Of a stretch of 64,000 nucleotides of DNA, positions 24,930 through 37,990 are shown in pieces (the stretch's first letter is position 1; every line of letters begins with the position of its first letter). The translations under genes and the position numbers were made by a program. The notes under the pieces were generated by a model. It was not told where the DNA came from, did no database searches, and saw nothing but the letters and a program-made list of their open reading frames with translations. Source of the stretch: the human T2T-CHM13v2.0 reference genome, Homo sapiens. The stretch lies in assembly GCF_009914755.1 (NCBI RefSeq), contig NC_060936.1; one strand, 5' to 3'.

Positions 24930-25700
24930 TGATTCATTCATTTTATTCCATGACTATTTAATTATTTATAGGATGTTCCATGCATGGTTTTAGGCATAGG
25001 GAATTTAAGCAGTGAACAAGACAGAAGTCTCTGCTATCCATGGGGCTTACATTCTATTAATCAAATATATAATAACATAATTTCAGGCCATGGTAAGTGC
25101 AATGAAGAAAATTAGGATGGAGTCATATGATAAAGAGGTTGGAGCATAGGCGGATTGCTTTAGCAAGGGTATCTGGGAGGTGTCTCTGAGGAGCTGGCAT
25201 GTTGCTGAGACCTGAATGATGAGGAAGTGTCAGCCAGGTGAAGATGGGAAGAAGCATGACACTGGTAGTGGGAACAAAAACGCAAAGGCTCTGAGACAGG
25301 AATGAGCTCCAGGAGCAGGAGAAATGGTCTGGAGCATAGGAATGAGGAGGAGAGTAGTGGGAAATGTGGCTGGAGAGGAAGTCAGAGCTAGTGCATGGAG
25401 TTGTGAAGGTCATTGTAGGTGGTTAGGATTTTAAGTTCAATGGGAAGCTAGTAGATGATTATAAGCAGGGAAATGATCTGGTTCATGTTTTAAGAGAATA
25501 GATCTGGCTTCTCTTTGGGAGAAAAGACTGCAGGGAGCAAAAGTGGAAGTAGAAAAGGCAGCTAGGAGATCACAGTTGTCTTCAGGGGAGACATGATGGT
25601 TTACACTGGGGTGGTGGGGCATGAAGAATTGGAATAGTCAGGATTTATACTGAAAGTGGAATTAACAGCAGAGCTAATGGATTGCCTGGGCAGGGTTGGG
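24930..25700 (-). mobile_element. L2 LINE
   Basis: gattcattcattttattcc...gagacctgaatgatgaggaag...aatgggaagctagtagatg is a typical L2a reverse 3' region. Confidence 0.75.
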
Positions 25701-26379
25701 TCGGGGAGCAAAGTAAAAGAGACCCTGAAGATACCATGTTGGGTTTTATTGTTGTTATTGTTGTTTGCTTTTGTTCACTCTGGAATGCACTCAGAGTGCC
25801 CTTCTTCCTATCTCCTCAATTCAACCCATTATTTGAGTCTCAGCATAAAGGTCACCTCTTGCTGGAAGCCTCCAACCTGTGACTGGAATGAATCTCTCCC
25901 TGCCTCTCTATTCCTTATTCAAGACTTCTCATACTTGATACTTTATTGAAGAAATTTGTAATGCATTAGTGCCTCCATCTTATGGCAGGAACCATATTAC
26001 AGTGCCTCCTGAGTAAACACAGTGCCTAAATTATAGCTGATGCTCACCCCTTGCTGGACTGAGACCGCCCAATGCTGCATTTTGCTAAGACTTAGGAAAA
26101 GGAAGAAAAAAGTAAGATGTGGAAAGTGCTCAAGACTAGCTGCAGAGGTCTGGGTTCCAGTTCTAGCCCTGTTTCTAGGGAGCTGGGAAATTTGGGACAA
26201 GTCGCTTCAGCTTTTATGATCTAAATAACCTTGCTGCTTAATGAGATATGAGATACAAAGTTTCTTAAATCTCAAATAGTTTATGGTTAATGATTCATTT
26301 TATGCGCAACCAGAATGTTTAGAAAACCTAATAATTACATGAAAAGTCTGTAAGCTTGCAACCTCCAGAAGTTAAAGGT

Positions 26380-27700
26380 TTCTAGAAAGTTATAATAATT
26401 AAAACAGCATGATAACCATCCACAAATCAGCAGATCAACTGATAAAAGAAAATACAACATCTTGAAACAGTATTTACCAAAAAAGGAAGAATAAGATAGT
26501 GGAAACACTATAAATCACTTAGGAATGAACAATTTATTTAACAAGGACATTGAGAAAATTGGCAATTTGAGGAGACAACAGTTTCTGACTTTGCTCTATA
26601 ATGTAAAATAAAATCCAGCTTAAGTAAAGGGCTAAATATATTTTAAAAAATACAAGCAATCAGAAGATAAGATAGGTCTTTATTTAACTGATTTGTGACA
26701 CGTGATCTTCTTAAGCATAAATAATGGGAGAAACTATGTAAGAGAAGTGACCAGTAGATTTGACTACAAAAATATTTTAACATTTAGTATTTTAAATTAT
26801 CTTAATCATATTGAAAAATGAAAAGCAAACTGGGGAAATATTTGTAACATGTATTATCAATATCTAGTACTTGTATGTCAATACAATATCAATAAACACA
26901 AATATCAATAATAAAAAATTTTTCCAGATTAATAAAAAATACTTAAGAATTATGATAGAAAAACAGAAAAGATACAAATAGATAATTTATAAAATATGAC
27001 AATAGTAAATAAAGATTAGAAAACTATTTAATGTTACCAATAAAGAAATGAAAATTTAAATGAGATATTTCTTTACCTATTTAAAATATAAAGATTAAAA
27101 TAATTGATAGTACTCAATTCAGGCCATGGAAATAAATATTTCACAATGACTGGTGGGAATCCAAATTGGCATAGCCTTTTGGGAAAGCAATTTTACAGCG
27201 CATATCAAGAATATTGACAATCTCATATTATTTAAAAACCAGAAATTCCTTTCATTGAGATTAACATCCTGAAAACCTCTCATGAAGAAACAGTCAGATA
27301 CGTAACCAAAGATTCATCTAAGACCTCAATTGAAGTACTACTTTTAATAGAAAAAACTTGAGAATAATGTTAATGATCAAAACCAGAGGAATAATAATGT
27401 GAACTATTAGGATCTCCATTAAAGAGGTTTTTTTTTTTTTTTCTCAGTCTATTTATTGACATGGAAATGATCACAATAAAATTTTAAGTAAAATGTAAAA
27501 ATCAGGATACAAAGCTGCATACACAATATGAAACTGAACCTCATTGTGTAAATATCTATAATATATATAACCACTTAGAAAAACGCATGAAGGAAAAGAA
27601 TAGCATGCTAATGTCCCTGGGTACAGCGATTTCAAACGGTTTTAATTATCTTTTTAATATTTCCTGCATATTTAATTTATACAAGCAGAAAAATGCAAAT
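26380..27700 (+). mobile_element. Ancient L1 (L1M) ORF2/3' region, highly decayed
   Basis: Very A-rich; ctggtgggaatccaaattggcatagccttttgggaaagcaatttt and other L1 ORF2-end landmarks. Confidence 0.7.
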
Positions 27701-27978
27701 GCTATAAAATCTAGCAACAAATAGTCAAACTAGCAACCTCCCTTTTCTTTCTTCCCTCCTCCCTCCCCTATGTGTAATAGATATTTCTAGGGACGAAAGC
27801 ACAGAAAATCTGGATTTTTTTACTTAGAAAGTTCAGAATAAGGCTGAATTTCACTGACTCATTGAGAGAAAGCTTCTAAGAGAGGAAATATGATAAATTA
27901 ATGGTGAGACATAAAATAAGCCATTTATGTATTTTATATATATATATGTATATACATATATATAATTTCTAACTTGTG

Positions 27979-28257
27979 TTTTTTGAGACAGGGTCTTGCT
28001 CTAGTGTTCAGGGTGCAGTGCAGTGGCACAATCATAGCTCCTGGGCTCAAGAGATCTTCCCACTTCAGCCTCCCGGGTAGCTGGGACTACAGGTGTGTGC
28101 CAACATGCCCGGGTAATTTTATTATCATTATTATTATTATTGAGACAGGGTTTCGCCAAGCTGCCCAGGCTGATCTTGAACACCTGGGCTGAAGTGATTT
28201 GTCTGCCTCAGCCTCTCAAAGTGCTGGGATTACAGGTGTGAGCCACTACATTCAGCC
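27979..28257 (-). mobile_element. AluJ
   Basis: gagacagggtcttgctct...ctcctgggctcaagagatcttcccacttcagcc...gtgagccactacattcagcc. Confidence 0.9.
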
Positions 28258-28518
28258 AATACATGCCATTTATTGAGCACACATTGCGTTCCAGGAAGGA
28301 TGGTAGGAACTTGGCAAGTTATTTCACTTTCCTGGCTGCAGTTTTATCTCTGTCTTACTCAAGGAGCCCCTTCTGATAGGTCCTTTCTGATGGGACCTGT
28401 GGCTGCTACAAGGAGAGTGGGAAGGAAAAAGATATGTCCCAGTGTTCTCAACCAGAATTCAGAAAACACTTCTTCACAGAAATAGTGGTGATGGGGGAAA
28501 GTTAGCTTCTCTCTCTCT

Positions 28519-28804
28519 CTTTTTTTTTTTTTTGAGACGGAGTCTCACTATGTTGCCCAGGCTGGAGTGCAGTTGTGCTCTCTCAGCTCACTGCAAGCTC
28601 CACCTCCTGGGTTCATGCCATTCTCCTGCCTCAGCCTCCTGAGTAGCTGGGACTACAGGCACCCGCCACCACGCCCGGCTATTTTTTTTGTATGTTTTTA
28701 GTAGAGATGGGGTTTCACCATGAGCCAGATGGTCTCGATCTCCTGGCTTTGTGATCCGCCTGCCAAAGTGCTGGGATTACAGGCCTGAGCCACTGCGCTC
28801 GGCC
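28519..28804 (-). mobile_element. AluY-like
   Basis: gcaagctcc and catgccattctcc diagnostics; TSD aaagttagcttctc (28498-28511 / 28806-28819). Confidence 0.92.
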
Positions 28805-29027
28805 AAAAGTTAGCTTCTCAAACATGATTCGTTTTATAGCTGGATTCTCCCTTATATTATTTGTATAGTTTGCACAGTTCTTTTTATGTAGACCTAGAAA
28901 TCAAAGCCTGGTTTATTTAAGATGATTAGGGGCTTGGTGTGTGCTGGGCATTGTGTTAAGTGCTTTACACCCATTATCTTATTTAACCTTTATATACCCT
29001 ATAACGCTACTACTATTTAAGTGTATA

Positions 29028-29351
29028 TTTTATTTTATGTTGTGTTCATATGTGTTCTTTGTGTTCATAGCATCAGCTATGATTCAGGCACATATGTACT
29101 CAATATTTAGCTCCCACTTATAAGTAATAATAAATGGTATTTGGTTTTCTGTTCTGCATTAGTTTGCTTAGGATAATGGCCTCCAGCCTCATCCATGTTG
29201 CTGCAAAGGATGTGATCTCATTTTTTATGGTTGCATAGTATTCCAAGGTTAAACTTTACCACTTGGTGGGAAGATCTACAAGGTAATGTTAAAAAAGGGC
29301 TTGGGCACAGGAGGGGAATGTGGTGCCCATGGTGACTATTTTTACCAACAA
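29028..29351 (-). repeat. Left arm of inverted duplication (L1 3' segment plus MLT1 5' segment)
   Basis: 29247-29351 is 97/105 identical, ungapped, to the reverse complement of 30736-30840; similarity continues into the L1 part. Confidence 0.9.
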
Positions 29352-29398
29352 TTCACATATTTTATTCACAAGGAACCTGAGACCTAGATAAGTTATTT

Positions 29399-29600
29399 CA
29401 GTACTTCTCAAACTTCAGTGTGCATAAGAGTCATTTGAAAATTTTGTTAAACTGGGACTTGTGATTCAGTAGGCCTAGCCTGGAGTTGAAGACTCTGTTT
29501 CTTGTGAATCTGCTTGAGAATCTGTTTTTGAGATTCTTGTTTCTAATACACTCCCAGATGGTGCTGGTTCTCTAAGTCCCTGGACAACAATTTGATTAGC
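29399..29600. mobile_element. MER5A-family MITE
   Basis: cagtacttctcaaacttcagtgtgcataagagtca...tgattcagtaggcct...ctaatacactcccagatg. Confidence 0.7.
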
Positions 29601-29869
29601 ATGGGGTCAACCCACTTGCCAGATCCCAGGGTTAGAGTATGGCTGGGCCATGATGTGAACCCCAGCAAGCTGGTGTCACACTTGGCTGGACAACTTACAA
29701 GAGCATGTGCTTTTGTTCTCCTGATCTGCAGTTTTTCAACATCCTCTCCATCCTCTGTGCCCTACACTAGGTCCTATGTCAAGAAGATAAGTCAGTTCTG
29801 CACTCATTGCTTCAGGGGAGGGATCAAGAGCACTGGAAGCAGAAATAAAGAAATATTTCTTCCTCTCCA

Positions 29870-30190
29870 AAATTTCACAGTCTGATGCCCCTTAGGCCAA
29901 ATCTAGCCTGAAGATGTGTTCTGATGAACACACCTTAAAATTCTAGATTCACACATGCTTAGAATTTTAATTGCCCATTAAAAACCCTTAAATTCTCATA
30001 ACAATCAAGATTGTTAGCTTTTTTTGAAAGCTTAGATAGTCTGGGAACAAGGGCCAACTCTCCCACATGGCAGCAGTTAGTTGGAGCTTATAGTGCCTGT
30101 TGCTTTCCTAAGGGACAAGGACCCCAGTGAGCCATGACCCCCACCTTGTCCAATGGACTCATTTCTCATTATCTGCATTCCTCAGTAATG
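29870..30190. mobile_element. MER102-like hAT element
   Basis: ggccaaatctagcctgaagatgtgtt...ctcccacatggcagcagttagttggagct. Confidence 0.55.
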
Positions 30191-30731
30191 AAGGGAATCT
30201 GGGTAAAATGAAACATTTAGTAGAAAGATTGAAGAGGTCCACGGGGCCAACGGCAGAGGACCAGACCTAAACACCATACAATCAGGAATTAAAGATGCAG
30301 GGAATTTTTGGAGAGCCCAGAAACGGAATCACCTTTGGGCTGCCAAGCCCTCACTTGAGTGAGCATGATCTACCATCCTTGGTGTTTCAAGGCCGTGACA
30401 GATGATTGCATGACCAACATCTAAAGGAGGCTTTCTTTCTACAGCTCCAGCATGTCATCTTGTGCAGGAGTAAGAAAATAGAGAGGGAGGCATGTGCTCC
30501 AAGACTTTGCTTCATCCCCATCTGACACACTCATGAGGACAACTCTCTCCCTAGAAAACCCAGTACACTTATAAGCTCAAGAGAAGATGTGTAGAGCCCT
30601 AGATGCCCAGAAGAACTATAATGGGAGCAAAAGAAAAGCCCTTTCCCTGTAATTTGTGAAGGGGTAGAGGGACTGAACAGGACTCACTAGGAATCCCTTT
30701 TGAGCAGACAGTGGCTTTCTATATCCTTCAG

Positions 30732-31745
30732 GTGGTTGTTGGTAAAAATAGTCACCATGGGCACTATATTCCCCTTCTGGGCCCAAGCCTTTTTTTAACA
30801 TGACCTTGCAGATCTTCCCACCAAGAGGTAAAGTTTAACCGTGGAATACTATGCAGCCATAAAAAATAAGATCACATCCTTTGCAGCAACATGGATGGGG
30901 CTGGGGGCCATTATCCTAAGTGAACTAATGTAAGAACGGAAAACCAAATACCACATGTTATTACTTATAAGTGGGAGCTAAACATTGAGTGCGTATGAAC
31001 ACAAAGAAGGGAACAACAGACATCAAGACCTACTTGAGGGTGGAGGATGGGAGGGGGTTGAGGACTGAAAAACTATCTATCAGGTTCTATGCTTATTACC
31101 TGAGTGACAAAATAATCTGTACACCAAACCCCTGTGACATGTACTTTCCCTATATAACAAACCTGTACATGTACCCCTGAACCTAAAATAAAAGTTAAGA
31201 AGTAAAAATTTAAAAAAGCATAAGGAAGAAATAGGATTTTAATTTTGTAACTGTTATGTATCAAAGATTCATTATAGAAATCAAATGAATTTCTAAAGCA
31301 TAACAAAAAGAGGTGCATTTTATTTCCCCATCACTGGACTCTGGACTGGCCTTGTGACTTGTTTGGCCAGTAGAATGTGGCAAAAGTGACAGGCCAATTC
31401 CAAATCTAGGCCTCAAAATGTTTTGTGTGTTTCTGCTCTGTGTGCCTCTGGAACACTGCCTGATGCCATCAGCATGAGGCCAGGCAAGTCTGCTGGAGGA
31501 TAAGAGACACAGTTTACAGAGACCGGCCATCCCAGCTATGGCCACCAGAGATCAGCTATTCCCTAGCTGACCTAGCCCCTAACTGAAGATGTGTGAGTGA
31601 GCCCAGCCAAGATAAGAAGAACTGCTCAGCTGGGCCCAGCCCAAATTGCTGACCCACGCAATCATGAAACATATAAATGGCTTTATTTTAAGCCACTGAG
31701 CTTTCTGGCTGGTTTTATTTTTTAGGCAGCAAAAGCTGACACCCC
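30732..31745 (+). mobile_element. MLT1F/G LTR interrupted by an L1 insertion
   Basis: 5' part 30732-30840; resumes at ~31308 with aagaggtgcattttatttcccc...ggccttgtgacttgtttggccagtagaatgtggcaaaagtgac. Confidence 0.75.
30841..31217 (+). mobile_element. L1 3' end (old primate L1PA/L1PB type), 5'-truncated
   Basis: tggaatactatgcagccataaaaa...cttataagtgggagctaaac...acctgtacatgtacccctgaacctaaaataaaagtt. Confidence 0.9.
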
Positions 31746-31756
31746 ACTTAACACAC

Positions 31757-32208
31757 TGTTAGTTTCCTAGAATGTCTGTAACAAAGTACCACAGACAGGG
31801 TGGCTTAAAATAACAGAAATGTATTATCTGACAGTTCTGGAGTCTAGAAGACCAAAATCAGTATCAGCAGGGTTGGCTTATTCTAGAGGCTCTGAGGGAG
31901 AACCTGTTCCCTGCCTGTCTCCTAGCTTCTAGCAGCTGCTGATAGTCCTTGACATCTTGTGACCTGTAGAAGAATTACTCCAATGCCTGACTCTGTCATC
32001 ACGTAATATTCTCTTCTCTGTGTGTGTCCAAATTTCCCTCATCTTATAAGGGCACCAGTCATTGGGTTAGAATCTACCCTATTCCCCTATGACTTCAACT
32101 TGATTGAGTCTTCAAAGACTCTATTTCCAAATAAGCCACCATCCAGGGGTACCAGGGGTTGGAACTTCAACATAATTTTCTGCGGGACAAATTTCAACCC
32201 CCAAAACA
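31757..32208 (-). mobile_element. MLT1C-like MaLR LTR
   Basis: tgttagtttcctag...gtaacaaagtaccacagacagggtggcttaaaataacagaaatgtatt...ctatttccaaataag...ttcaaccc. Confidence 0.8.
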
Positions 32209-32399
32209 CTATGGAATTGCTTATATTGGAAAATTCATTTAGATTTCCAAATATACCTGCTAAAGGAATCTTTGAAACACCATCCATTGGTAAGTTGAGT
32301 TTTCTTTCTCCATGTAGCTATTTGTGGATTCGAGCTAGGATTCTGCCATTTAATCTAGTTTGGTAGAAAGATCGGAGACTTTGGAGATGAAGAAGGAAG

Positions 32400-32990
32400 T
32401 TAACATTCATGGTATGTAAATTGTCTTATTGAATCCTTACTTAGAGTATGTATTTAAAAAAAAACTATTTCACAGGTCAGAGATGTTGAGAAATTTGCCT
32501 AAGTCACACAGTAAATACCCTCAGCAATCAGCCTTTGAATGCAAGTCTGTATGATTTCAAAGATATGATCTTTCTACTGTACGCTAGAGCATCTCCTTGG
32601 TGTCAGAAGATCTGGATTCTTGTCCTGGTCCATTTTCTACTTAGTGGCATGACCTGGAGTCTTAATTTTAATGAAATCCCTCCTCTTTAAAATGGAGTCA
32701 ATAAATGTCATCCTTGTTGATTTTTATGAGTATTGAGAAAGATGAGGCAGAACGTGGTGGCAAGGGTTGGGTTTTGGAGTTAGACAACCTTGAACTGGGG
32801 TCTTGGCTCTAACTCTGTGATCCTGGGCATATCGTGTAAGCTTTCAAAGCTTTAATTTCTTTATCTGTAAAAAAGAACATAGTAATATCACCAATCTTAA
32901 AGGTTTATTGCAAAGATTCAATAAGAAGATTATATATATAACATATTTAGCTCAGTATCTTGCCATAGAAAGTGCTCAAAGATGATCTAT
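32400..32990. mobile_element. Cluster of MIR fragments
   Basis: tttgcctaagtcacacag; ggagttagacaaccttgaactggggtcttggctct...tttcttatctgtaaaa. Confidence 0.6.
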
Positions 32991-34721
32991 AATTAGATAT
33001 TTAAAAGCATTTTCTAAAGTGCAAAGTTCTAATTAATGCTAATTATTAAAATTGCATTTTATTTTCAGTTTGATGAAATCATGTGCTCTCTGAAGCCAAA
33101 GTGATTTCTCTGGGCTTTTTCTAACTCAGCATCACCCAGGTTTGCTTACTGACTGTAACTCATACCTCTGCACAATCTGAAAAGCAGACCTAGTCCTGTG
33201 GCTAGAGATTTTCCAGGTAGAAGGACAAAGCTCCCACCACAGAGCTCCCCAGTGCTTCCCTCTTACGGTGGAGGGAGGTCTGTCAGGATGATTTAGGCTG
33301 TGCGAGGTCTCAGAGTCTCTGACAAGTCCCTCATTAGCTCATCCTTGTTTGCATGCTCTGTGACCTGTACAGTTTGTATAGGTTGTTCCAAGTTCTCACG
33401 TGGGGCTGGCTTCCCTAGACCTGTTTCAGCTTGAGTGACTCAGGGCAAGATAAAATGTCTGTCAAAGTATTCACCACGGTATTCTAATAAGTGTTGGAAA
33501 CATTTGCCTGGCTGCTCCCCCACCCACCCCGCCCACTGACCACCACTAATATCCCTGGGGTTTCCCTCATTTGTAAACTTAGGCTCTGAGAAATAGAAAT
33601 AGAAATAGAAATTCCCATCCCTGCTCCCATAACCTATGCTCACCTTTTTCTCACTCAGACAAAGGCGGGATATGCGCAGGGTCCTGGGTGCTTGCCTTAT
33701 CCACAGCCCCTTCTGAGGGAAGTAACTTTAAGTATAAATCTTGATACTTTCTACGCACTTGAAGACCACAGCTGTTTAGACTAAGGAGCAGTGTCAGCCC
33801 CCAATGGAGGCTATTTGCAGTGCAAGAGGTAGTGGCTTAAGACTTCTGACTGGCAAGGCTATGCCTTGCACTGACCACAGTGCCCACAGACAGCTTTTCT
33901 CCCTTGAGGAGGTTGGCCTGAAGACACCCATAAAGGAATATGAAGACAGTGAAGTCTCACCGAGTGAAGTCAGTGAGAGGCCACTAAGAAGCAGAAGCTA
34001 GGAGGCAGAGGCAAAGCCTGTGGAGACAGAAGTGCCTGAAAGGAGACAGAAAGGGAATGAGTTCCACATGTGGGGAAATTGTGAGTGGGGACTGTCTAAG
34101 GAGATTGTTACTAATATGGTCATGAAGTCACCAGAGACTTAAGTTGCTGAGGCATCCCAAAAAGTAATGTAGACTGTGCTATTTCATTCTTAGACAGCTA
34201 GCAACAAAAACTAACTCTTGTCAACTTGAGGAAATGGGAAATGTATTGGAAAGACATGGGAAGGCTCTTGGAATAAAAATGTAGCTGAAGAAAGATGTCT
34301 CTGGGAATCCAGGAAGCAAGGTCCTTCTGAGTTTTGCCTCTGCAATGAGTCAAGTTTAACTGTAACCTCACTCCACTCCAGAGTCAGAGTCATTGAGAGT
34401 GTCTTAATGCTTCAGCTAGACCTACCCTGTGGTTAGAAAATTGTAGGAAATCTTGGTTGACAGAAATTACGCTTTTTTTTTTCTATAAAAGGGGACATGA
34501 ATATTGATGGGGCCAGAGAAATAATAGTCATCTTATTCTATGAGTTTTGGCTGTGTGGCTGCTGACACCATTTCCTGTGCCCTTATCTTTACATCTAAAA
34601 CCTCTTGTCACCTCAGATCCCCTGAGCTTGTCTCACAGATGTGATCCTCCTTTATCTTCTCCAATTTTGCACATCTTACCATCCTAAAGTGTTACTCACA
34701 TTCTCTTCCTTTTACTGGTCA

Positions 34722-35170
34722 ATTGTTGGTAGCTGCATTATTGCTCCCATTTCTTCACTCCTTGTATCTACTGCTTTCACCATGCGACTTACTAGTTCCT
34801 CCCACCAGGGGTTAGGTATACTTCCCTATCTCTTGAGTTTAGGATCAGCCATGTAACTTGCTTCAGTCAATGAGATATTTGCAGACATAATGCAAGCAGA
34901 GGCTTAAATTGTGCTTGAGCAGTTGAACTTTCCTCATTTGCACTTCAAAATCATCAAGAGACTAGTGTGCTCTAGGTAGCCTACTGGTCCCAGGATATTG
35001 AAGTTCTACAGAGCATACCTGAAAACAACCTCCACCTAGAAACCAAACTCAGCTGAACCCAGCCTAGATCAGTAGACCTCCAGCTGATTTGTGGATGAGC
35101 TAGCAAGAATAAATGTTTAATTTGGGGACAGTTTTCTACACAGCATTATTATGGCAATAGCTAACATATA
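34722..35170 (+). mobile_element. MLT1H-like LTR
   Basis: gccatgtaacttgcttcagtcaatgagat...gcaagcagaggcttaaattgtgc...acagcattattatggcaatagctaac. Confidence 0.7.
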
Positions 35171-35333
35171 AATCTTGCAAGGTGTAATGGAAATAACATG
35201 ATTTTGGAATAAGATAGACTTGGTTTGCAATTCTGAATCTAAAAAGGGAGGAGAAACTTAATCTCTTTGATCCTCAGGTATCACACTAATGGAAAGAATA
35301 ATTACTTTTCCTTTCCATTTTTCTGAAACCATT

Positions 35334-36920
35334 CTTTTTAACAGCTTTATTGAGTAATAACAGACTACTTCATGTTACATATGGTTAAAATATAGTTTGA
35401 TAAGTTTGACATATATGTGTAGTTGTGAACCCCTATCACAGTCAAGATAATAAATATGTTCATCACCCCCCAAAACTTCCTGGTGATCTTTTGTAATTCC
35501 TCTCTTCTTTCCCTTAACTTTTCTTCCATCCTTAGGCAACAACTATCTGCTCTCTGTCAATAGAGCTTGCATTTTCTAGAATTTTACTGATATGGAAACA
35601 AATGGCATGTACTCATTTTGTTTGGTTGCTTGGCTTCTTTCACTGAGCGAAATTATTTTGAGATTCATCCATGTTGTTGTGTGTATTCATTAATTCCTTT
35701 TACATTTTGAGTAGCATTCCATTGTATGAATATAACACAATTTGTTTATCCATTCACCTGTTGACGGACATTTCACTTAACAGATTTTGACTATTACAAA
35801 TAAAACTGATATGAATATTTATATGCAAGTCTTTGTATGACAAACATTCATTTTTCTTGGGTAAATGTCTAAGAGTACAATGGCCGGATTTTATGGGAAG
35901 TATAAAATTTCCTTTCATTTTTTTATTGAAATTTTACAGAGATAGTGATAAATTCACGTGCAGTTTTAAATATACAGATAGATTCCACAAACATTTTACT
36001 CAGTTTCTCCAAAATGTAACATTTTGCAAAACTATAATATCACAACCAAGATATTGATATTGATACAATCCAACAATCTTATTCAGAATACTAATTTGTA
36101 GGTACACTTATTCTTATAAGCAATTTGTGTGTGTGTGTGTGTGTGTGTGTGCATGTGTGTAGTTCTTTACAGTCTTATCACATGTGTAGGTTTTTGCATT
36201 TACCATCACAGTGGAGATACTGACTAGTTACATCACAGTAAGAAACTGTATTGCTACCTTTTTCTCTATTGTTACTCTCCCCACTGCCCCTCCCTGGATC
36301 TTTAACTCCTGGCAGCTACTACTCTGTTCTTAATTTCTGAAACTTTGTAATTTCAAACAACGTTATATAAATGAAAGTAAGTAGTGTGTAACCTTTTGGG
36401 CCTGCCATTTTTCCCCTACTCAGCATAATTCCTTGGAGATTTATCCAAGTTGTTTTGTGTACCACTAGTTTGTTACTTTTTATTGCTGAGTAATATTTCA
36501 TAGTGTGTATGTACCACACTTTGTTTAATCATTACCTGTTGAAGGACATTTGGGTTGATTCCAGTTTTTTGCTGTTACAAATAAAGCTGCTATGAACATT
36601 TGTGTACAGGTTTTGTGTGGAAGTAAATTTTCACTTCTCTAGGATAAATGCCCCAAAATGCACTTACTAGATTGTATGGCCCTGCATGTTTAGCTTTGTT
36701 AGAAATTGACACGTTATTTTTTGAGAGTGTCTGTACTATCTTGTATTTCCACAAGGAATATCTCAGTTATCCAGTTTTTTTTTACAACTTTACCATCATT
36801 TGGTGTTGTAACTATATTTGATTTTGGCCACTCAGGTAGGTGTAAGGTAATATTTCATTATTATTTGAATGTACATTTCTTTGGTGTGTAATGATATGGA
36901 ATACCTTTTCATAGCTTTAT

Positions 36921-36956
<36 letters not shown>

Positions 36957-37990
36957 TCTTTTTTTGTGAAATGTCTATTCATATCTTTTGCCCATTGTCC
37001 AACTTTTTTTTCCTTGTTTGTTTTTACTATTGATTTGCAGTGACTTATATGTCCTAGATACTTGTCTTTTATCAGATGTGTGGTTTGCAAATATTTTTTT
37101 CTGAGACCCTAGCATATCTTTTCATCCTCTTCACATGGAATTTCAAAAAATAAAGGTTTCTAATTTTTGTTACAGTTTGATTTATTAACATTTTCTTTTA
37201 TGGATCATGTTTTTGGTGTCAAATCTAAGAGCCCTTTGCCTAGGCTTCAATTTTAAAGATTTTCTCTTATTTTTAAAAATTTATAGTTTTACAGTTAAGT
37301 TCATGGTCTATTTTTAGTTAATTATTGTATCAAGTGTGAAGTTTAGGTTGAGGTTCATTTTTATGACTATGAATATCCAATTGCTCTAGCACTATTTGTT
37401 GAAAAGGTTATTTTTCCTTCCTTGTGTTGTTTTTGCACCTTTGTTAAAAAGTATTTTGGCATATTTATATGGGACTGTTTCTGGGTTCTTTCTTCTGTTC
37501 CATTGGTCTATGTGTGGACATCTCCATCAGTACCACACTGTCTTGATTACTGTAAGTATACAGTAAGCCTTAGTATTGAGTGGAGTGGTTCTTGCCACTT
37601 TACTCTTCTTCTCCAAGATTATTTTAGGTTCTCTTAGAATTCAGATTTCATGGTCAATGGTTCCTTCTTCTCAGCAACTGAAAAATACTTTGCCACTAAC
37701 TTTTGACCTTCATAGTTCCAAATGAGAAATCCACTGTCATTCCAATTGGTGTTTCCCTGTAGGGAATGTGTCATTTCAATATTTTTTTCTTTTATCTTTA
37801 GTTTTTAAAAGTTTAATTATGTTGTCTCTTGGTATGGAATTTTGGGGGTTTATTCTCTTTGGGATTCATGCAGCTTCTTGGATCAGTACATTGTGGGGTT
37901 GTTTTTTCTTTGCCAAATTTCAGACAGTTTCAGCAATTATTTCTTAAAATAATCTTTCACCTCCCTCCCTTTCATCTCTCCTTCTGGGAC
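35334..37990 (-). mobile_element. Nested L1M (L1MB/MC-type) fragments
   Basis: ttttaacagctttattgag 3' end; ORF 36319..36519 (MWYIHTMKYYSAIK...TWINLQGIMLS) is an L1 ORF2p C-terminal remnant; embedded (TG)n ~36127-36160 and (TA)n ~36925-36952. Confidence 0.85.
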
